A stretch of 64,000 bases of DNA. It comes from an uncultured Bacilli bacterium (GTDB taxonomy: Bacteria > Bacillota_I > Bacilli_A > RF39 > UBA660). The stretch is taken from positions 268,511-332,510 of the forward strand of contig CAKOSP010000001.1 of assembly GCA_934102335.1 (NCBI GenBank). The letters are read 5' to 3'. The translations under genes and the position numbers were made by a program. Below the pieces are notes generated by a model. That model had not been told where the DNA came from. It saw only the letters and a program-made list of their open reading frames with translations, and did not search any database. Below are positions 10,054 to 20,575 of this stretch, piece after piece (the first letter of the stretch is position 1; every line of letters starts with the position of its first letter).

Positions 10054-10600
10054 ATTTTACCCCCGAATCTAACCACACAAAATATTTATTACAAATATCA
10101 GTATCTTTGCAATTAGTCTCATTATATTTAAAAATAAATACATAATTATCAGTTTTTATACTACCTAAAGTTTTAAAATATTCTAAGCTTTCCTCATCGA
10201 ATGTTTGATATGAATACTTACATAATTCACACGTTGTTGTAGCACACTCTCCTTTTAAATAATCACTTTTGCATTCTAGTAAAGTTTGAATACTAGGTTT
10301 AATAATATATATTTTAGCTATATCATAAGCGGATTTATAGGTCGACATTTTTTCTTGATCTAAAGTATATTCCAAAACTAAAGAATTATTTTTGAAATTC
10401 AAATTTTTAAAATCTTCAACATTTAATAATTCTTTTAAAGTAAAGTATGATTTATAAATATAAGCTGGATCATCATAATACAATCTATTTTTTTCAGTAT
10501 TAAAAATATTTTTATATGAAAAATAAATTAATAATAAAGAAGAAGTTAAAACTAAAATCATTATTATTGTTTCAATAAATGCATAACCTTTATTATTCAT
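10046..10600 (-). CDS. type IV pilin-like / competence pseudopilin, Cys-rich
   Basis: MNNKG|YAFIETIIMILVL prepilin signal with Glu+5 and 8 Cys in the globular part. AGAGGGA SD. Confidence 0.6.
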   Translation of the reverse strand: MNNKGYAFIETIIMILVLTSSLLLIYFSYKNIFNTEKNRLYYDDPAYIYKSYFTLKELLNVEDFKNLNFKNNSLVLEYTLDQEKMSTYKSAYDIAKIYIIKPSIQTLLECKSDYLKGECATTTCELCKYSYQTFDEESLEYFKTLGSIKTDNYVFIFKYNETNCKDTDICNKYFVWLDSGVKYE

Positions 10601-10679
10601 ACTATCCCTCTATTATTAAGTATAATGTAATTAATAAGTTTTTACAAGCATAAAAAAACTTTATGATATACATAAAGTT

Positions 10680-10865
10680 TTAATTATCTATGGTTTTCCA
10701 TTCAGTATTGCCACATTTAGTACAAATTTTTGGTGCTAATATTTTTTTACCTTTAGGAAGCTCTATACCTGTGTCTATCTTACTACACAAAAGTCCAGTT
10801 TCCTCATCAATATAAGCAATTCCAAATTTGGCATCTTCACAGCAATTACATTCTTTATCTTTCAT
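10680..10865 (-). CDS. small Cys-rich zinc-ribbon-like protein
   Basis: 61 aa with CNCC...C...CTKC. Followed by the hairpin AACTTTATG/CATAAAGTT plus a T-run. Confidence 0.4.
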   Translation of the reverse strand: MKDKECNCCEDAKFGIAYIDEETGLLCSKIDTGIELPKGKKILAPKICTKCGNTEWKTIDN

Positions 10866-10948
10866 ATTCTTCCTCCAATAATATTATCGACGTTTTCAAA
10901 AAATCTATACAAAAAACATCAAATTACATATATTATTATAGGTGATAT

Positions 10949-11125
10949 TATGAAGCCTTGTAGAAACAATGGCTTTGCTGTTGTAATGATTTTTTTACTT
11001 TCTATATTAATATTTTATCAAGTAATCTTAACATTTATCTTTCCTTTTAGATGGAATATTTTTGTTTTAATTATTGAATTATTTTTTCTATTCTTCTTTA
11101 TTGCTAGAATAATATGGCCTTATTA
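10949..11125 (+). CDS. candidate 58-aa two-TM small membrane protein (below the ORF-track cutoff)
   Basis: AGGTGA SD 4-6 nt before the ATG. Product is MKPCRNNGFAVVMIFLLSILIFYQVILTFIFPFRWNIFVLIIELFFLFFFIARIIWPY. The 3' end overlaps the convergent ysxE-like gene. Confidence 0.3.
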
Positions 11126-11981
11126 ATTCTTCAGTTTTAAAAACATAATCCAATTTAGTTCTTATATCTCTAGTATTTTTAAGTTCTTCTAACATATCAA
11201 ATTCTATCTTTGGAGGAATAGATATTAAAACAAAAAATAATTTCTTTTCCATTGCACTTAAGGGATAGTTACTCAAATATTTATCAAATACTTTCTTAAA
11301 ATTAACATCTAAATAATTATTCTGATAAAATTTAACTAAATCAATTACAGGAGTCTCAATTTTTGACTTATCCCAACTTATTAGATAATCAGGATCATTT
11401 TTAATAAAATGATCAAGCGATAAATTGTTATGCACTACCGCAACCCTCTGAGTATTTTCTTGTTTAGCCAGTTCATACCAACTATCTAGCTGTTGTTTAC
11501 AAAAATCTAACATTAAATCCAATTTATAATAATTGACTAAAAATAAATAATGTGATGGGCTATGATACACTTCCTTAAAAAAAATATCATATTTTTGACT
11601 ATAGTATTCTTTATAATAATTAACATTAGAAAGAACATCCTCATATATTTCTTTAAACTTATCTTGACTTATTTCTTTAAAATATGTAGTTTTATTATGC
11701 AAATTACTGACTAAATTTATCATGTCTAAACTTCTTTGTTCTTTGGGCATTACAATATCAGGAACATATTTATATACCGTCACATCTTTTCTAGTATCAT
11801 CGATTATCTTAGGAAAATTAGAAAATCCTCTACTTTGTAAATAAGAAAATAATTCTTTTGTTTTATTATTTGTTTGTTTTATAACATAATCTCCACTAGA
11901 AGTATTAATAATGGTAGATTTGCCTATTTTAGTATACTTATATGGTTTATATATGTTTTTTAAAACGTCTAAACTATTCAT
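11088..11981 (-). CDS. ysxE: YsxE/CotS-family spore coat kinase-like protein
   Basis: 297 aa with a kinase-like HNNLSLDHF motif. Lies immediately downstream of, and overlapping, the spoVID-like gene, as in the B. subtilis spoVID-ysxE operon. Confidence 0.6.
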   Translation of the reverse strand: MNSLDVLKNIYKPYKYTKIGKSTIINTSSGDYVIKQTNNKTKELFSYLQSRGFSNFPKIIDDTRKDVTVYKYVPDIVMPKEQRSLDMINLVSNLHNKTTYFKEISQDKFKEIYEDVLSNVNYYKEYYSQKYDIFFKEVYHSPSHYLFLVNYYKLDLMLDFCKQQLDSWYELAKQENTQRVAVVHNNLSLDHFIKNDPDYLISWDKSKIETPVIDLVKFYQNNYLDVNFKKVFDKYLSNYPLSAMEKKLFFVLISIPPKIEFDMLEELKNTRDIRTKLDYVFKTEELIRPYYSSNKEE

Positions 11982-12636
11982 CTGCAGGAATAATTAATTT
12001 ATCGCCAACAGTTAAATTCTTAATATTATTATATTCTGCTAAATCAGATTCAGAAACACCATAAGTTTTAACTATAGTTTCTAACAAATCAGTTTCTTTT
12101 ACCATATGAATGTGATAAGTTATATAATTATCCGAACTAGTTGTAGCCATATCTATAATATTATTTTTATTTTCTTCTAAAACATTATTTTCTCTTAATG
12201 GTTCATCTTGATTATTTTCAACCTCAACTACATCTTCCACAGCTCTTTGTTCTTCTTGTTTTAACTCTTCACTTGGTTGCTCTTCTACAATTGGTTCCTC
12301 AACAATTTCTTTTTTTATTTCTTCACCTACTACAGAAAATTCAATTTTAATATTTAAAGTATTAGGTTTTTTTATTTCATATGTAAAATCCTCTACATTA
12401 AAATTAACTGAAGATCCATCTAGATTATCTGGAAATGTTACATCAAATGGCAAAGTATAATTAAATTTTTCAGTATTAACACTTACTTCATGAGATTTAT
12501 ACTCACCTGATATTATAAAATTTCCCAACAAAGATTTTTCATTTACTGTTATTTCATGTTCTAATGAAATACTAGTTATTTCAGCAATATTAGTTTTAAA
12601 ATCAATATTTTTTTCAAATGGCACTATGTAATTCAT
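11974..12636 (-). CDS. spoVID: SpoVID-like spore coat morphogenetic protein (N-terminal SpoVID domain + C-terminal LysM)
   Basis: The N-terminus ITSISLEHEITV...GNFIISGEY...LPFDVTFP aligns by eye with B. subtilis SpoVID. Has an acidic linker and a C-terminal LysM (YGVSESDLAEYNNIKNLTVGDKLIIP). Confidence 0.65.
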   Translation of the reverse strand: MNYIVPFEKNIDFKTNIAEITSISLEHEITVNEKSLLGNFIISGEYKSHEVSVNTEKFNYTLPFDVTFPDNLDGSSVNFNVEDFTYEIKKPNTLNIKIEFSVVGEEIKKEIVEEPIVEEQPSEELKQEEQRAVEDVVEVENNQDEPLRENNVLEENKNNIIDMATTSSDNYITYHIHMVKETDLLETIVKTYGVSESDLAEYNNIKNLTVGDKLIIPADE

Positions 12637-12693
12637 ATTATTTCCTCCTATAAGTATATATGAAATAATAAAAAAAATAATACTTTAATCGTA

Positions 12694-13731
12694 TTATTTT
12701 TCCAACGCTAAAGAGATTAATCTATCTATTAACTCCGTTGTAGATATATTTAAATTATTAATTAATTCTGGATACATTGATATATTTGTAAAACCAGGCA
12801 TCGTATTAATTTCATTTAAATAAATATCATTGGTATCTTTATCTAAAAAGAAATCTACTCTAGCTAAACCATTTCCATCTATTGCAATAAAAGCTTTTTT
12901 AGCAATATTTTTAATATATTTTTCTTGCTCCTCAGTTATATTCGCAGGTATTAATGTTTTAGATTGCTTATCTTCATATTTAGATTTATATGTATAAAAT
13001 TCTCCATGTGGTAAAATTTCACCAACTCTTGAACATAAAATATCAGTATTATTTCCTAAAACTGCACATTCCAGCTCTTTAGCATTTATTGCCTTCTCTA
13101 TTAAAATTTTATTATCATATTTGCTAGCTTCATTTAAATATTTAAATAAATCTCCGACTTTATCTACTTTAAAGCATCCAAAACTTGAACCAGATCTGGA
13201 TGCTTTAATAAAACAAGGAAGATTTATATCATTTATTATTCTATCTAAAACATTTTTATCTAAACTACAGTCATTATTTACAACCACAAATTCTTTATTA
13301 ATTTGTTTAACATATAAAGATGGAACTTGTTTTATATTAGCGGTTTTCAAAACTTTTTTAGTAACAACCTTATCCATAGCAAGCGCAGATGCTAAAACTT
13401 TACAACCAACATATGGAACATTTGCTAATTCCAACAAACCTTGTATTGTGCCATCTTCGCCGTTCTTTCCATGCAAAACTGGAAACACTACATCATATTG
13501 CTTTAAATAAGCTATTGTATTATCAATTTTCTTTGAGTTATCTAACCAATTTTCATTTGTATAATCATCCACATTTGGTGATAATTCATGCCATTTACCG
13601 TCTTTAGTAATTCCCAAAGTAGAAACATCGTACTTGCTAAAATCAATTTGCTTTCTTATATTTGTACAAGACATTTTGGAAACTTCATGTTCTGTAGAAC
13701 ATCCTCCTGTAATAAGCAACAATTTAATCAT
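12694..13731 (-). CDS. ddl: D-alanine--D-alanine ligase
   Basis: 345 aa ATP-grasp protein with FPVLHGKNGEDGTIQGLLE and EINTMPGFT motifs. Overlaps murF. Confidence 0.92.
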   Translation of the reverse strand: MIKLLLITGGCSTEHEVSKMSCTNIRKQIDFSKYDVSTLGITKDGKWHELSPNVDDYTNENWLDNSKKIDNTIAYLKQYDVVFPVLHGKNGEDGTIQGLLELANVPYVGCKVLASALAMDKVVTKKVLKTANIKQVPSLYVKQINKEFVVVNNDCSLDKNVLDRIINDINLPCFIKASRSGSSFGCFKVDKVGDLFKYLNEASKYDNKILIEKAINAKELECAVLGNNTDILCSRVGEILPHGEFYTYKSKYEDKQSKTLIPANITEEQEKYIKNIAKKAFIAIDGNGLARVDFFLDKDTNDIYLNEINTMPGFTNISMYPELINNLNISTTELIDRLISLALEK

Positions 13732-15086
13732 TTATATATCTCCTTTAGCCTTTGAACAATCTGTTCTAAGTGCATCCCATGCGAAGCTTTAACTAAAATT
13801 GCATCATTAGGCAATAGAATTTTATGCAAATAGTTAAACAATTCTTCATTATTTTTGAACAAAAAAGCCTGATCAGATTTTTTTCTAACTTCATTAATAA
13901 GAAATTTTGAAGATTTACCTACTGCTAAAACAATATCTATATTTTTCTTAACTAAATATTTTCCAACTTCTTCATGCAGTTCCTTGTCAAAGCTTCCTAA
14001 TTCTAACATATCACCCAAAACAGCTATTTTTCTATTTAAAGATGTACTTAAAATATCTATTGCTGATTTCATACTATCTAAATTAGCATTATAAGTACCG
14101 TCCTGTACTGTTATACCATCTTTTAATTTAATAATATCGGCTCTATTTTTAGTTAATTCAAAGTTTTTAATTCCTTCAATGCACATTTTTATATCTATAT
14201 TCAGACTTAAACCAACCATTAAAGCAATTAAAGCGTTGTAAACAAAATGTTTACCAGGAACAGGCACACATACACAATAAGTTTTATCTAAATAATTAAT
14301 TTTAAAAGTTGAAGAATCACTTTTTAATTCTACATCAAAAGCTTTTAAATCCGATTCGCAATCAATACCGATACTTTTTAAAGAAAAAGAACTAGGCGTA
14401 ACTTTACTTAACATATCATTATCTTTATTAATTATTAATAGCCCATTTGGTTTTAATCCATTAACAATTTCCATCTTAGCCTTTAAAATATTTTCACGAG
14501 ATCCTAATTCACCAATATGAGCAGTTCCAACATTTGTAATAACAGCTATATTTGGCTTAGCTATATTTGTTAAATAGTCAATTTCCTTTAAATGGTTCAT
14601 TCCCATCTCAATTACCATGACTTCTTCGTCTTGATATTTTAAAATAGTTAAAGGAAGACCTATATGATTATTATAATTACCATCAGTTTTTAATGCCTTA
14701 TATTTAGTTTTTACTACACTATAGATCATATCTTTAGTACTAGTTTTTCCAACACTACCAGTTACGCCAATAACTATTGCCTGTGATTTTTCTCTAACAT
14801 ATTTAGCAAGTAATCCCAGAGCTTTTAAACAGTCCTCAACTAATATCACATTATCTATATCATAATTTTTGTTATATTCCGTAAATGTTGCATTAGCTCC
14901 GTTTTTATAGGCACTATCAATGTAGTCATGTCCATCATTATTTTCACCTTTTATAGGAATATACAAAGATCCGCTTTTACACTTTCTAGAGTCTTGAAAA
15001 AAACTAGTTATCTCATCATCTAAATTACCCTTTAAAAGTTTTCCACCAGTAGCCTTTAATATTTCTTTTATTAACATATAAATCAC
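13728..15086 (-). CDS. murF: UDP-N-acetylmuramoyl-tripeptide--D-alanyl-D-alanine ligase
   Basis: 452 aa Mur ligase with the P-loop GVTGSVGKTSTK. ddl-murF pairing. Confidence 0.9.
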   Translation of the reverse strand: MIYMLIKEILKATGGKLLKGNLDDEITSFFQDSRKCKSGSLYIPIKGENNDGHDYIDSAYKNGANATFTEYNKNYDIDNVILVEDCLKALGLLAKYVREKSQAIVIGVTGSVGKTSTKDMIYSVVKTKYKALKTDGNYNNHIGLPLTILKYQDEEVMVIEMGMNHLKEIDYLTNIAKPNIAVITNVGTAHIGELGSRENILKAKMEIVNGLKPNGLLIINKDNDMLSKVTPSSFSLKSIGIDCESDLKAFDVELKSDSSTFKINYLDKTYCVCVPVPGKHFVYNALIALMVGLSLNIDIKMCIEGIKNFELTKNRADIIKLKDGITVQDGTYNANLDSMKSAIDILSTSLNRKIAVLGDMLELGSFDKELHEEVGKYLVKKNIDIVLAVGKSSKFLINEVRKKSDQAFLFKNNEELFNYLHKILLPNDAILVKASHGMHLEQIVQRLKEIYK

Positions 15087-15107
15087 CTATCTTTATTAAG
15101 TATTATA

Positions 15108-17351
15108 TCATAATTTAAATACGTCTTTATATATTTGATTATATGTCTTTACACCAATAATATCAATGTTCTTCATTATTTTCTTAGGTATGCTTTCTAA
15201 ATCAGGTAAATTATCTTCTGGTATATAAATAGTAGTTATTCCAGCATTAATGGCACCAATAATTTTTTCTTTTATACCACCAACTTTAGATATATTTCCC
15301 CTTAATGAAATTTCTCCAGTAAAAGCCACATTTGAAGGTATAGATTTATCAAGATACAAAGACATAAGAGCAATAGCTATAGCAGCACCAGCACTAGGCC
15401 CATCCTTTTTACTTGTAGCATCTAAAAAATGAATGTGAATATCACTATTTGACATATTCATACTATAATTGGTTTTTAAAAAGTCTAAAGCTACACTAAC
15501 TGATTCTTCTAAGGTTTTTCCTGGCATACCCGTAATAATAATATTTCCAGTTCCATGCATTTTAACTGTCTCTATCTTAGTTACAATTCCTCCAAGAGGT
15601 GTATATGCAAGTGCATTAGATACTCCAGGTTCTGTATCTTCTATTACATTTTGAGTTTTATACTTATATTCTCCCAAAATTGTTTTTACGTCTTGCACAT
15701 TTAAATCGTCTAAAATAATTCTTCTAATATATTTTCTCAAAATTCTATCTAAATCTCTAACTCCAGATTCATAAGTATAATTATTAATTATTATATTTAA
15801 TAACTCATCATCTATATCTATTTTATTTATTCCATAATCTTTAAAAATTTTAGGCAATAAATATTTTTTAGTAATACTAAGTTTATCATATGATGTATAA
15901 CTGTTTAAGTTAATTATTTCTAATCTGTCAATTAAAGTACTAGGAATGTCACTTTCAATATTGGCAGTTAATATAAAAAATACTTTAGACAAATCAAATG
16001 GTTCTTCAATATAGTTATCTACAAAAACAGTGTTTTGCACGGGATCTAATATTTCAAGTAAAGTTGAGGCAGGATCTCCTTTATAATCTTTTACCATTTT
16101 ATCAACTTCATCAATTAAAATTACTGGATTTTTAGTTCCACACTTTCTTATACTTTGAATAATTTTACCAGGGCTAGCGCCCAAATAAGTTCTCCTAGAA
16201 CCAATTAATTCTGTAGAGTCATTTAACCCACCTACTGATATTTTTATAAACTCCCTATTTAAAGCCGCAGCTATTGATGATGCTATTGAAGTTTTTCCAA
16301 CTCCAGGAGGTCCTACCAAACAGATAATAGGATTATTAATATTAGGGTTAAGTTTTTTTACTCCAGCGTACTCAATAACCCTTTGTTTTATTTCATCAAG
16401 ACCGTAATGTGTTTTATTTAAGGATTTTTTAATTTTATCTACGTTGGTATTTTCTACACTAGTATTATTCCAAGGTAAGCTTAATACTAAATCAATGTAA
16501 TTTCTTAAAACATTAGTTTCTGGTGACATTTCACTAGCTACTTCATATTTTAAAATCTCATTTTTTAATTTCTTATAAGTTCTTTCATTTAAATGGAGAG
16601 TTTCTATTATTGAATTGAATTTTTCAATATCTTCATCTTTTAAACTTTTTTCTCCTAGTTCATTTTTGATTTCTTTTAGTTTTTCTCTTAAAATATATTC
16701 TTTTTGACCAACATCTATAGATTCACTAACTTTTTCATTAATTTTTTCTTCTAATTTTAAAACTTCTATTTCTTTTTGCAAATCAATCGCTAATGATTCA
16801 GCTCTTTTTAAAGGGTTAATCATCTGCATATAAGTAAGCTTTTTTTCAGTTTCAAAATTCATAAATGAAACAATTTTATCAGTTAAACTATTTAAATCTC
16901 TTGTATTTTCCAAACTAGATATTATAGCATTTGAAATTTCTGGAGATCTATTTATATATTCTTTTAACAAATCAATTAATTTTCTTTTTAAAGCCATTTC
17001 CTGAGTAGAGTTTAATTTTGGGATTTCAATATCCATTATTTTAGCATTTAAAATATCTTTGCTATTTTTATTATAATACTTTTCTACTACAACTCTTTTA
17101 ATTCCTCTAAAATTAACTCTCAAATTATTATTTGTTAATTGTATTTTACTCTTAACCTTAGCAACTACCCCAACTTTTGGTAAAGTATTTTTATCATTCA
17201 AAGGTGCAACCACTAAAACTAAGGAAGCATCCTCATTACAAGCTTGTTCAATTATTTTTTTACTTATTTCAGATTTAAAATCAATTTTAACTTCTTGATT
17301 CGGGAAAATTACAAGATTACGCATTAAGATAAGTGATATATCTTTACTCAT
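15108..17351 (-). CDS. lon: ATP-dependent Lon protease (LonA)
   Basis: 747 aa. LON N-domain, Walker A GPPGVGKTS and catalytic KDGPSAG. Confidence 0.93.
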   Translation of the reverse strand: MSKDISLILMRNLVIFPNQEVKIDFKSEISKKIIEQACNEDASLVLVVAPLNDKNTLPKVGVVAKVKSKIQLTNNNLRVNFRGIKRVVVEKYYNKNSKDILNAKIMDIEIPKLNSTQEMALKRKLIDLLKEYINRSPEISNAIISSLENTRDLNSLTDKIVSFMNFETEKKLTYMQMINPLKRAESLAIDLQKEIEVLKLEEKINEKVSESIDVGQKEYILREKLKEIKNELGEKSLKDEDIEKFNSIIETLHLNERTYKKLKNEILKYEVASEMSPETNVLRNYIDLVLSLPWNNTSVENTNVDKIKKSLNKTHYGLDEIKQRVIEYAGVKKLNPNINNPIICLVGPPGVGKTSIASSIAAALNREFIKISVGGLNDSTELIGSRRTYLGASPGKIIQSIRKCGTKNPVILIDEVDKMVKDYKGDPASTLLEILDPVQNTVFVDNYIEEPFDLSKVFFILTANIESDIPSTLIDRLEIINLNSYTSYDKLSITKKYLLPKIFKDYGINKIDIDDELLNIIINNYTYESGVRDLDRILRKYIRRIILDDLNVQDVKTILGEYKYKTQNVIEDTEPGVSNALAYTPLGGIVTKIETVKMHGTGNIIITGMPGKTLEESVSVALDFLKTNYSMNMSNSDIHIHFLDATSKKDGPSAGAAIAIALMSLYLDKSIPSNVAFTGEISLRGNISKVGGIKEKIIGAINAGITTIYIPEDNLPDLESIPKKIMKNIDIIGVKTYNQIYKDVFKL

Positions 17352-17477
17352 AAATTCACCTCCTGAAATTAGTTTTTATTATATAATTTTCAGCAAATAA
17401 AGTAAAGAAAAAAACATCATAATATACATGAATTTTACTATTTTTTTTGTCAGAAAAAACAAGCATAAAAAAAGCAA

Positions 17478-18746
17478 CTATTTTGTTGCTTTCTTCTCAT
17501 TACTTTCTTTTAAGATTTCTAATGCTTTATGCATTTTCATATCATATTTAACAACTTCTAAAGAGCCATATGCTTTTAATAATTCCTCAGTTGTAATACC
17601 ATAATTTTCAGCCATTTCCTTAGCTTTAGCATCTACTTCTTTTTCTGTAAAGTCAACTTTATTTTCTTCAGCAATAGTTTCTAATAAATAACGATATTTA
17701 ATTCTTTTTTCAGCTTCTGGTTCCATTTGTTTATGTAAATCTTCTTCTTTAGTATTAGTAATTTGATAATAAGTATTTAAATCCATACCTTGCATTTTTA
17801 ATTGTTCAGCATATTGATGCATCATTCTATGAACTTCTTCATGAATAATTTCTTCATTTATCTTAACAGTCATATTACCTGCTGCTTTTTCTAAACATTC
17901 ATCAATAAACTTATCATCGGCAGCATGCTCTTTTTCATGTAATAAATGATGTTTAATTTCTTCTTTTAATTCATCAACAGACTTCATATCTTCATAACCT
18001 AAATCTTTAAAGAAATCTTCATTAAGTTCAGGTAAAACTCTAGTTTTAATTTCGTTAATTGTAACATCAAACTTAACTTTTTTACCTGCTAAATCTTTTG
18101 TATAATTATCTGGGAATTTTAAATCTATTGAAATTTTTTCACCTTGCTTTTTACCTATTAAAGCTTCTTCAAAGCCTGGAATAAATTGATGAGTTCCAAT
18201 ACCTAAAGGATAGTTTTCTCCACTTCCACCTTCTAATTCTTTACCATCAACATAACCTTTAAAATCTATAACAGCAGTATCGCCTTCAGCAACTACACCA
18301 TCATTTTTAACAATTTGATCTGCAGTTTGTTCTTGTAAATGCTTAATTTCCTCATCGATTTCTTCTTTAGTAACTTTACAAGCATCTTTTTTAATACCTA
18401 AATCTTTATATGAACCTAATTTAACTTCTGGTCTTGTTATAATAACATATTTTAAAGTTATACTATCTTTTGTAATTTGTTTTATATCAACACTAGGCTC
18501 AGTTACAGGTGTAAGATCTTTATTATCATCTAATACTTTTTTATAACCAATATTAATAGCATCATTAACTGCATCAGGATATAAAGCTTCAATACCAAAT
18601 TTCTTTATGAAAATTTCTTTTGGTGCAGTTCCTTTTCTAAAACCATCAATCTTAACTTCTTTATTTTTAGCTTTAAAAGTTTTATCTAGACACTCAAGCC
18701 ATTCTTTTTCTAGTTTAATTTCATATTCATGTACATTTTTTTCCAT
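17478..18746 (-). CDS. tig: trigger factor
   Basis: 422 aa. N-terminal GFRKGTAPK ribosome-binding motif and a central FKBP-type PPIase. Confidence 0.92.
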   Translation of the reverse strand: MEKNVHEYEIKLEKEWLECLDKTFKAKNKEVKIDGFRKGTAPKEIFIKKFGIEALYPDAVNDAINIGYKKVLDDNKDLTPVTEPSVDIKQITKDSITLKYVIITRPEVKLGSYKDLGIKKDACKVTKEEIDEEIKHLQEQTADQIVKNDGVVAEGDTAVIDFKGYVDGKELEGGSGENYPLGIGTHQFIPGFEEALIGKKQGEKISIDLKFPDNYTKDLAGKKVKFDVTINEIKTRVLPELNEDFFKDLGYEDMKSVDELKEEIKHHLLHEKEHAADDKFIDECLEKAAGNMTVKINEEIIHEEVHRMMHQYAEQLKMQGMDLNTYYQITNTKEEDLHKQMEPEAEKRIKYRYLLETIAEENKVDFTEKEVDAKAKEMAENYGITTEELLKAYGSLEVVKYDMKMHKALEILKESNEKKATK

Positions 18747-18836
18747 AATTTCCTCTTTTCCAACAAATGTATTATATCTTATTTTATCTTTTATTACAAG
18801 AAATTTTTCTTAAACAAAAAACAGATAAAATCTGTT

Positions 18837-19310
18837 TTAAGCTATATTAGAAATTACTATATTATATCCTCCATTAGGACTTTCTACAGTAACTTTATCA
18901 TTCTTTTTATGATTAATAAGTGCTTGACCTAGTGGTGAATCATTAGAGATTTTACCATTAAATATATCAGCTTCCATAGATCCAACTATTTTATATTCTT
19001 CTTCTTCACCATCATCATACTTAATAGTAACAACACTACCTAAGCCAACAACGTCAGCATCTTTTTTTGTATCTGCAATAACAGCATGTTCAAGTTGATA
19101 TTCTAAATCTTTAATTTTCGCCTCAACTTGTGCTTGCTCATTTCTAGCAGCATCATAATCTGCATTTTCTGATAAATCTCCTTGGGCTCTAGCTTCCTTT
19201 AAAGCCTTTATTATCTCAGGGCGTCTTTCATTTTTTAAAAAATTTAGCTCTGTTTCCAAATCAAGATATCCATCAGCAGTTAACACGATTGAATTTGATT
19301 CCTTTTTCAT
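18837..19310 (-). CDS. greA: transcription elongation factor GreA
   Basis: GDLSENADYDAAR motif. Start moved to the second ATG (MKKESN), which has a GGAG SD 10 nt upstream. Confidence 0.92.
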   Translation of the reverse strand: MKKESNSIVLTADGYLDLETELNFLKNERRPEIIKALKEARAQGDLSENADYDAARNEQAQVEAKIKDLEYQLEHAVIADTKKDADVVGLGSVVTIKYDDGEEEEYKIVGSMEADIFNGKISNDSPLGQALINHKKNDKVTVESPNGGYNIVISNIA

Positions 19311-19384
19311 TTTTACCAGCTCCATTTTAATAATTTTTAGATTATCTTTAACAATAATCGAGACTAATATTACTATAAAATTAT

Positions 19385-20575
19385 TTATTTGTCAAACATT
19401 TTTATTCTTAATAAATCATATTTATTTAAATGCGTTTTTACAGGAAGTTTAACAATCATTTTTGGATGATTTGCAATATTTATCTTATTATTTGTCTCGT
19501 CGTATATTGTATGTATTTTATAGTCAAAAGTTTCAATATTAGGACCAAAAAATTGAATTTCATCACCAATTTTAAAATAATTTCTTTGCTCAATAGTGGC
19601 TACTTGTTTTTCTTCATCATAATCCAGAACAATTCCTAAAAAATCTTGATTAGTTACTTCAACTCGATCAGACCAATATTGATCTTCCACAGTAGTTTTT
19701 CCACCATAAAATTGAGGTTTTGAATCTCTATTCGCACATCTATTTAAAACTTGTAAATAATATTTCTTATCATTTTCAGATAAAGTTTTATTTTTTATTC
19801 CATCAATAATTCTTCTATAACAAAGTAAGACAGTAGCAACATAATAAATTGATCTCATTCTTCCTTCAACTTTAAATGATGATACCCCCATTTCCATCAA
19901 TTCGCCTATATTATCAATCATATTCAAATCTTTACTCATCATAGTAAAATCAGGACCATTATTAGTTTTAAAACACCATCTACAGGCTTGTACACAACCA
20001 CCTCTATTAGAATCTCTATTTGTTAAAATATTTGAAAGTACACACTTGCCACTAATACTTGTACACATAGCCCCATGTACAAATACTTCAACCTCTACAC
20101 CAGTTTCTTCAATGATTTTTTTTATATCATCTTTATTAGTTTCTCTAGCAAGCACAATTCTTTTAACACCTAGTTTTTGCCAAAATTTCACAGCGTTAAT
20201 ATTAAAAGTACTATTTTGAGTCGATAAAACAACCGGAATCTTTAGACCTAACTCTTTTATTTTTTTTACTACGACAATATCACTGGCAATAACTCCATCA
20301 ATACCAATATTATCTAAAAATTTTAAATATTCATCTAATCCAGTTAATTCTTTCTGATGAAAAATAATATTTACAGTTACATAAATCTTTTTATTTAAAT
20401 CATGTGCATATTTGCAAGCCAATTCAATTTCTTCATTAGTAAAATTATTAGCATTTGCTCTTAAACTGTATTTTTTCCCACCAATATATACCGCATCAGC
20501 ACCATATAAAAAAACATATTTTATTTTTTCTAAATCCCCAGCTGGAGCAAGTAACTCAACCATATTACTCACCAT
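19385..20575 (-). CDS. U32-family peptidase-like protein (YrrO/TrhP-type, tRNA ho5U-linked family)
   Basis: ELLAPAGDLEKIKY..GADAVYIGG signature of the U32 family. yrrM-N-O gene order. Confidence 0.8.
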   Translation of the reverse strand: MVSNMVELLAPAGDLEKIKYVFLYGADAVYIGGKKYSLRANANNFTNEEIELACKYAHDLNKKIYVTVNIIFHQKELTGLDEYLKFLDNIGIDGVIASDIVVVKKIKELGLKIPVVLSTQNSTFNINAVKFWQKLGVKRIVLARETNKDDIKKIIEETGVEVEVFVHGAMCTSISGKCVLSNILTNRDSNRGGCVQACRWCFKTNNGPDFTMMSKDLNMIDNIGELMEMGVSSFKVEGRMRSIYYVATVLLCYRRIIDGIKNKTLSENDKKYYLQVLNRCANRDSKPQFYGGKTTVEDQYWSDRVEVTNQDFLGIVLDYDEEKQVATIEQRNYFKIGDEIQFFGPNIETFDYKIHTIYDETNNKINIANHPKMIVKLPVKTHLNKYDLLRIKMFDK

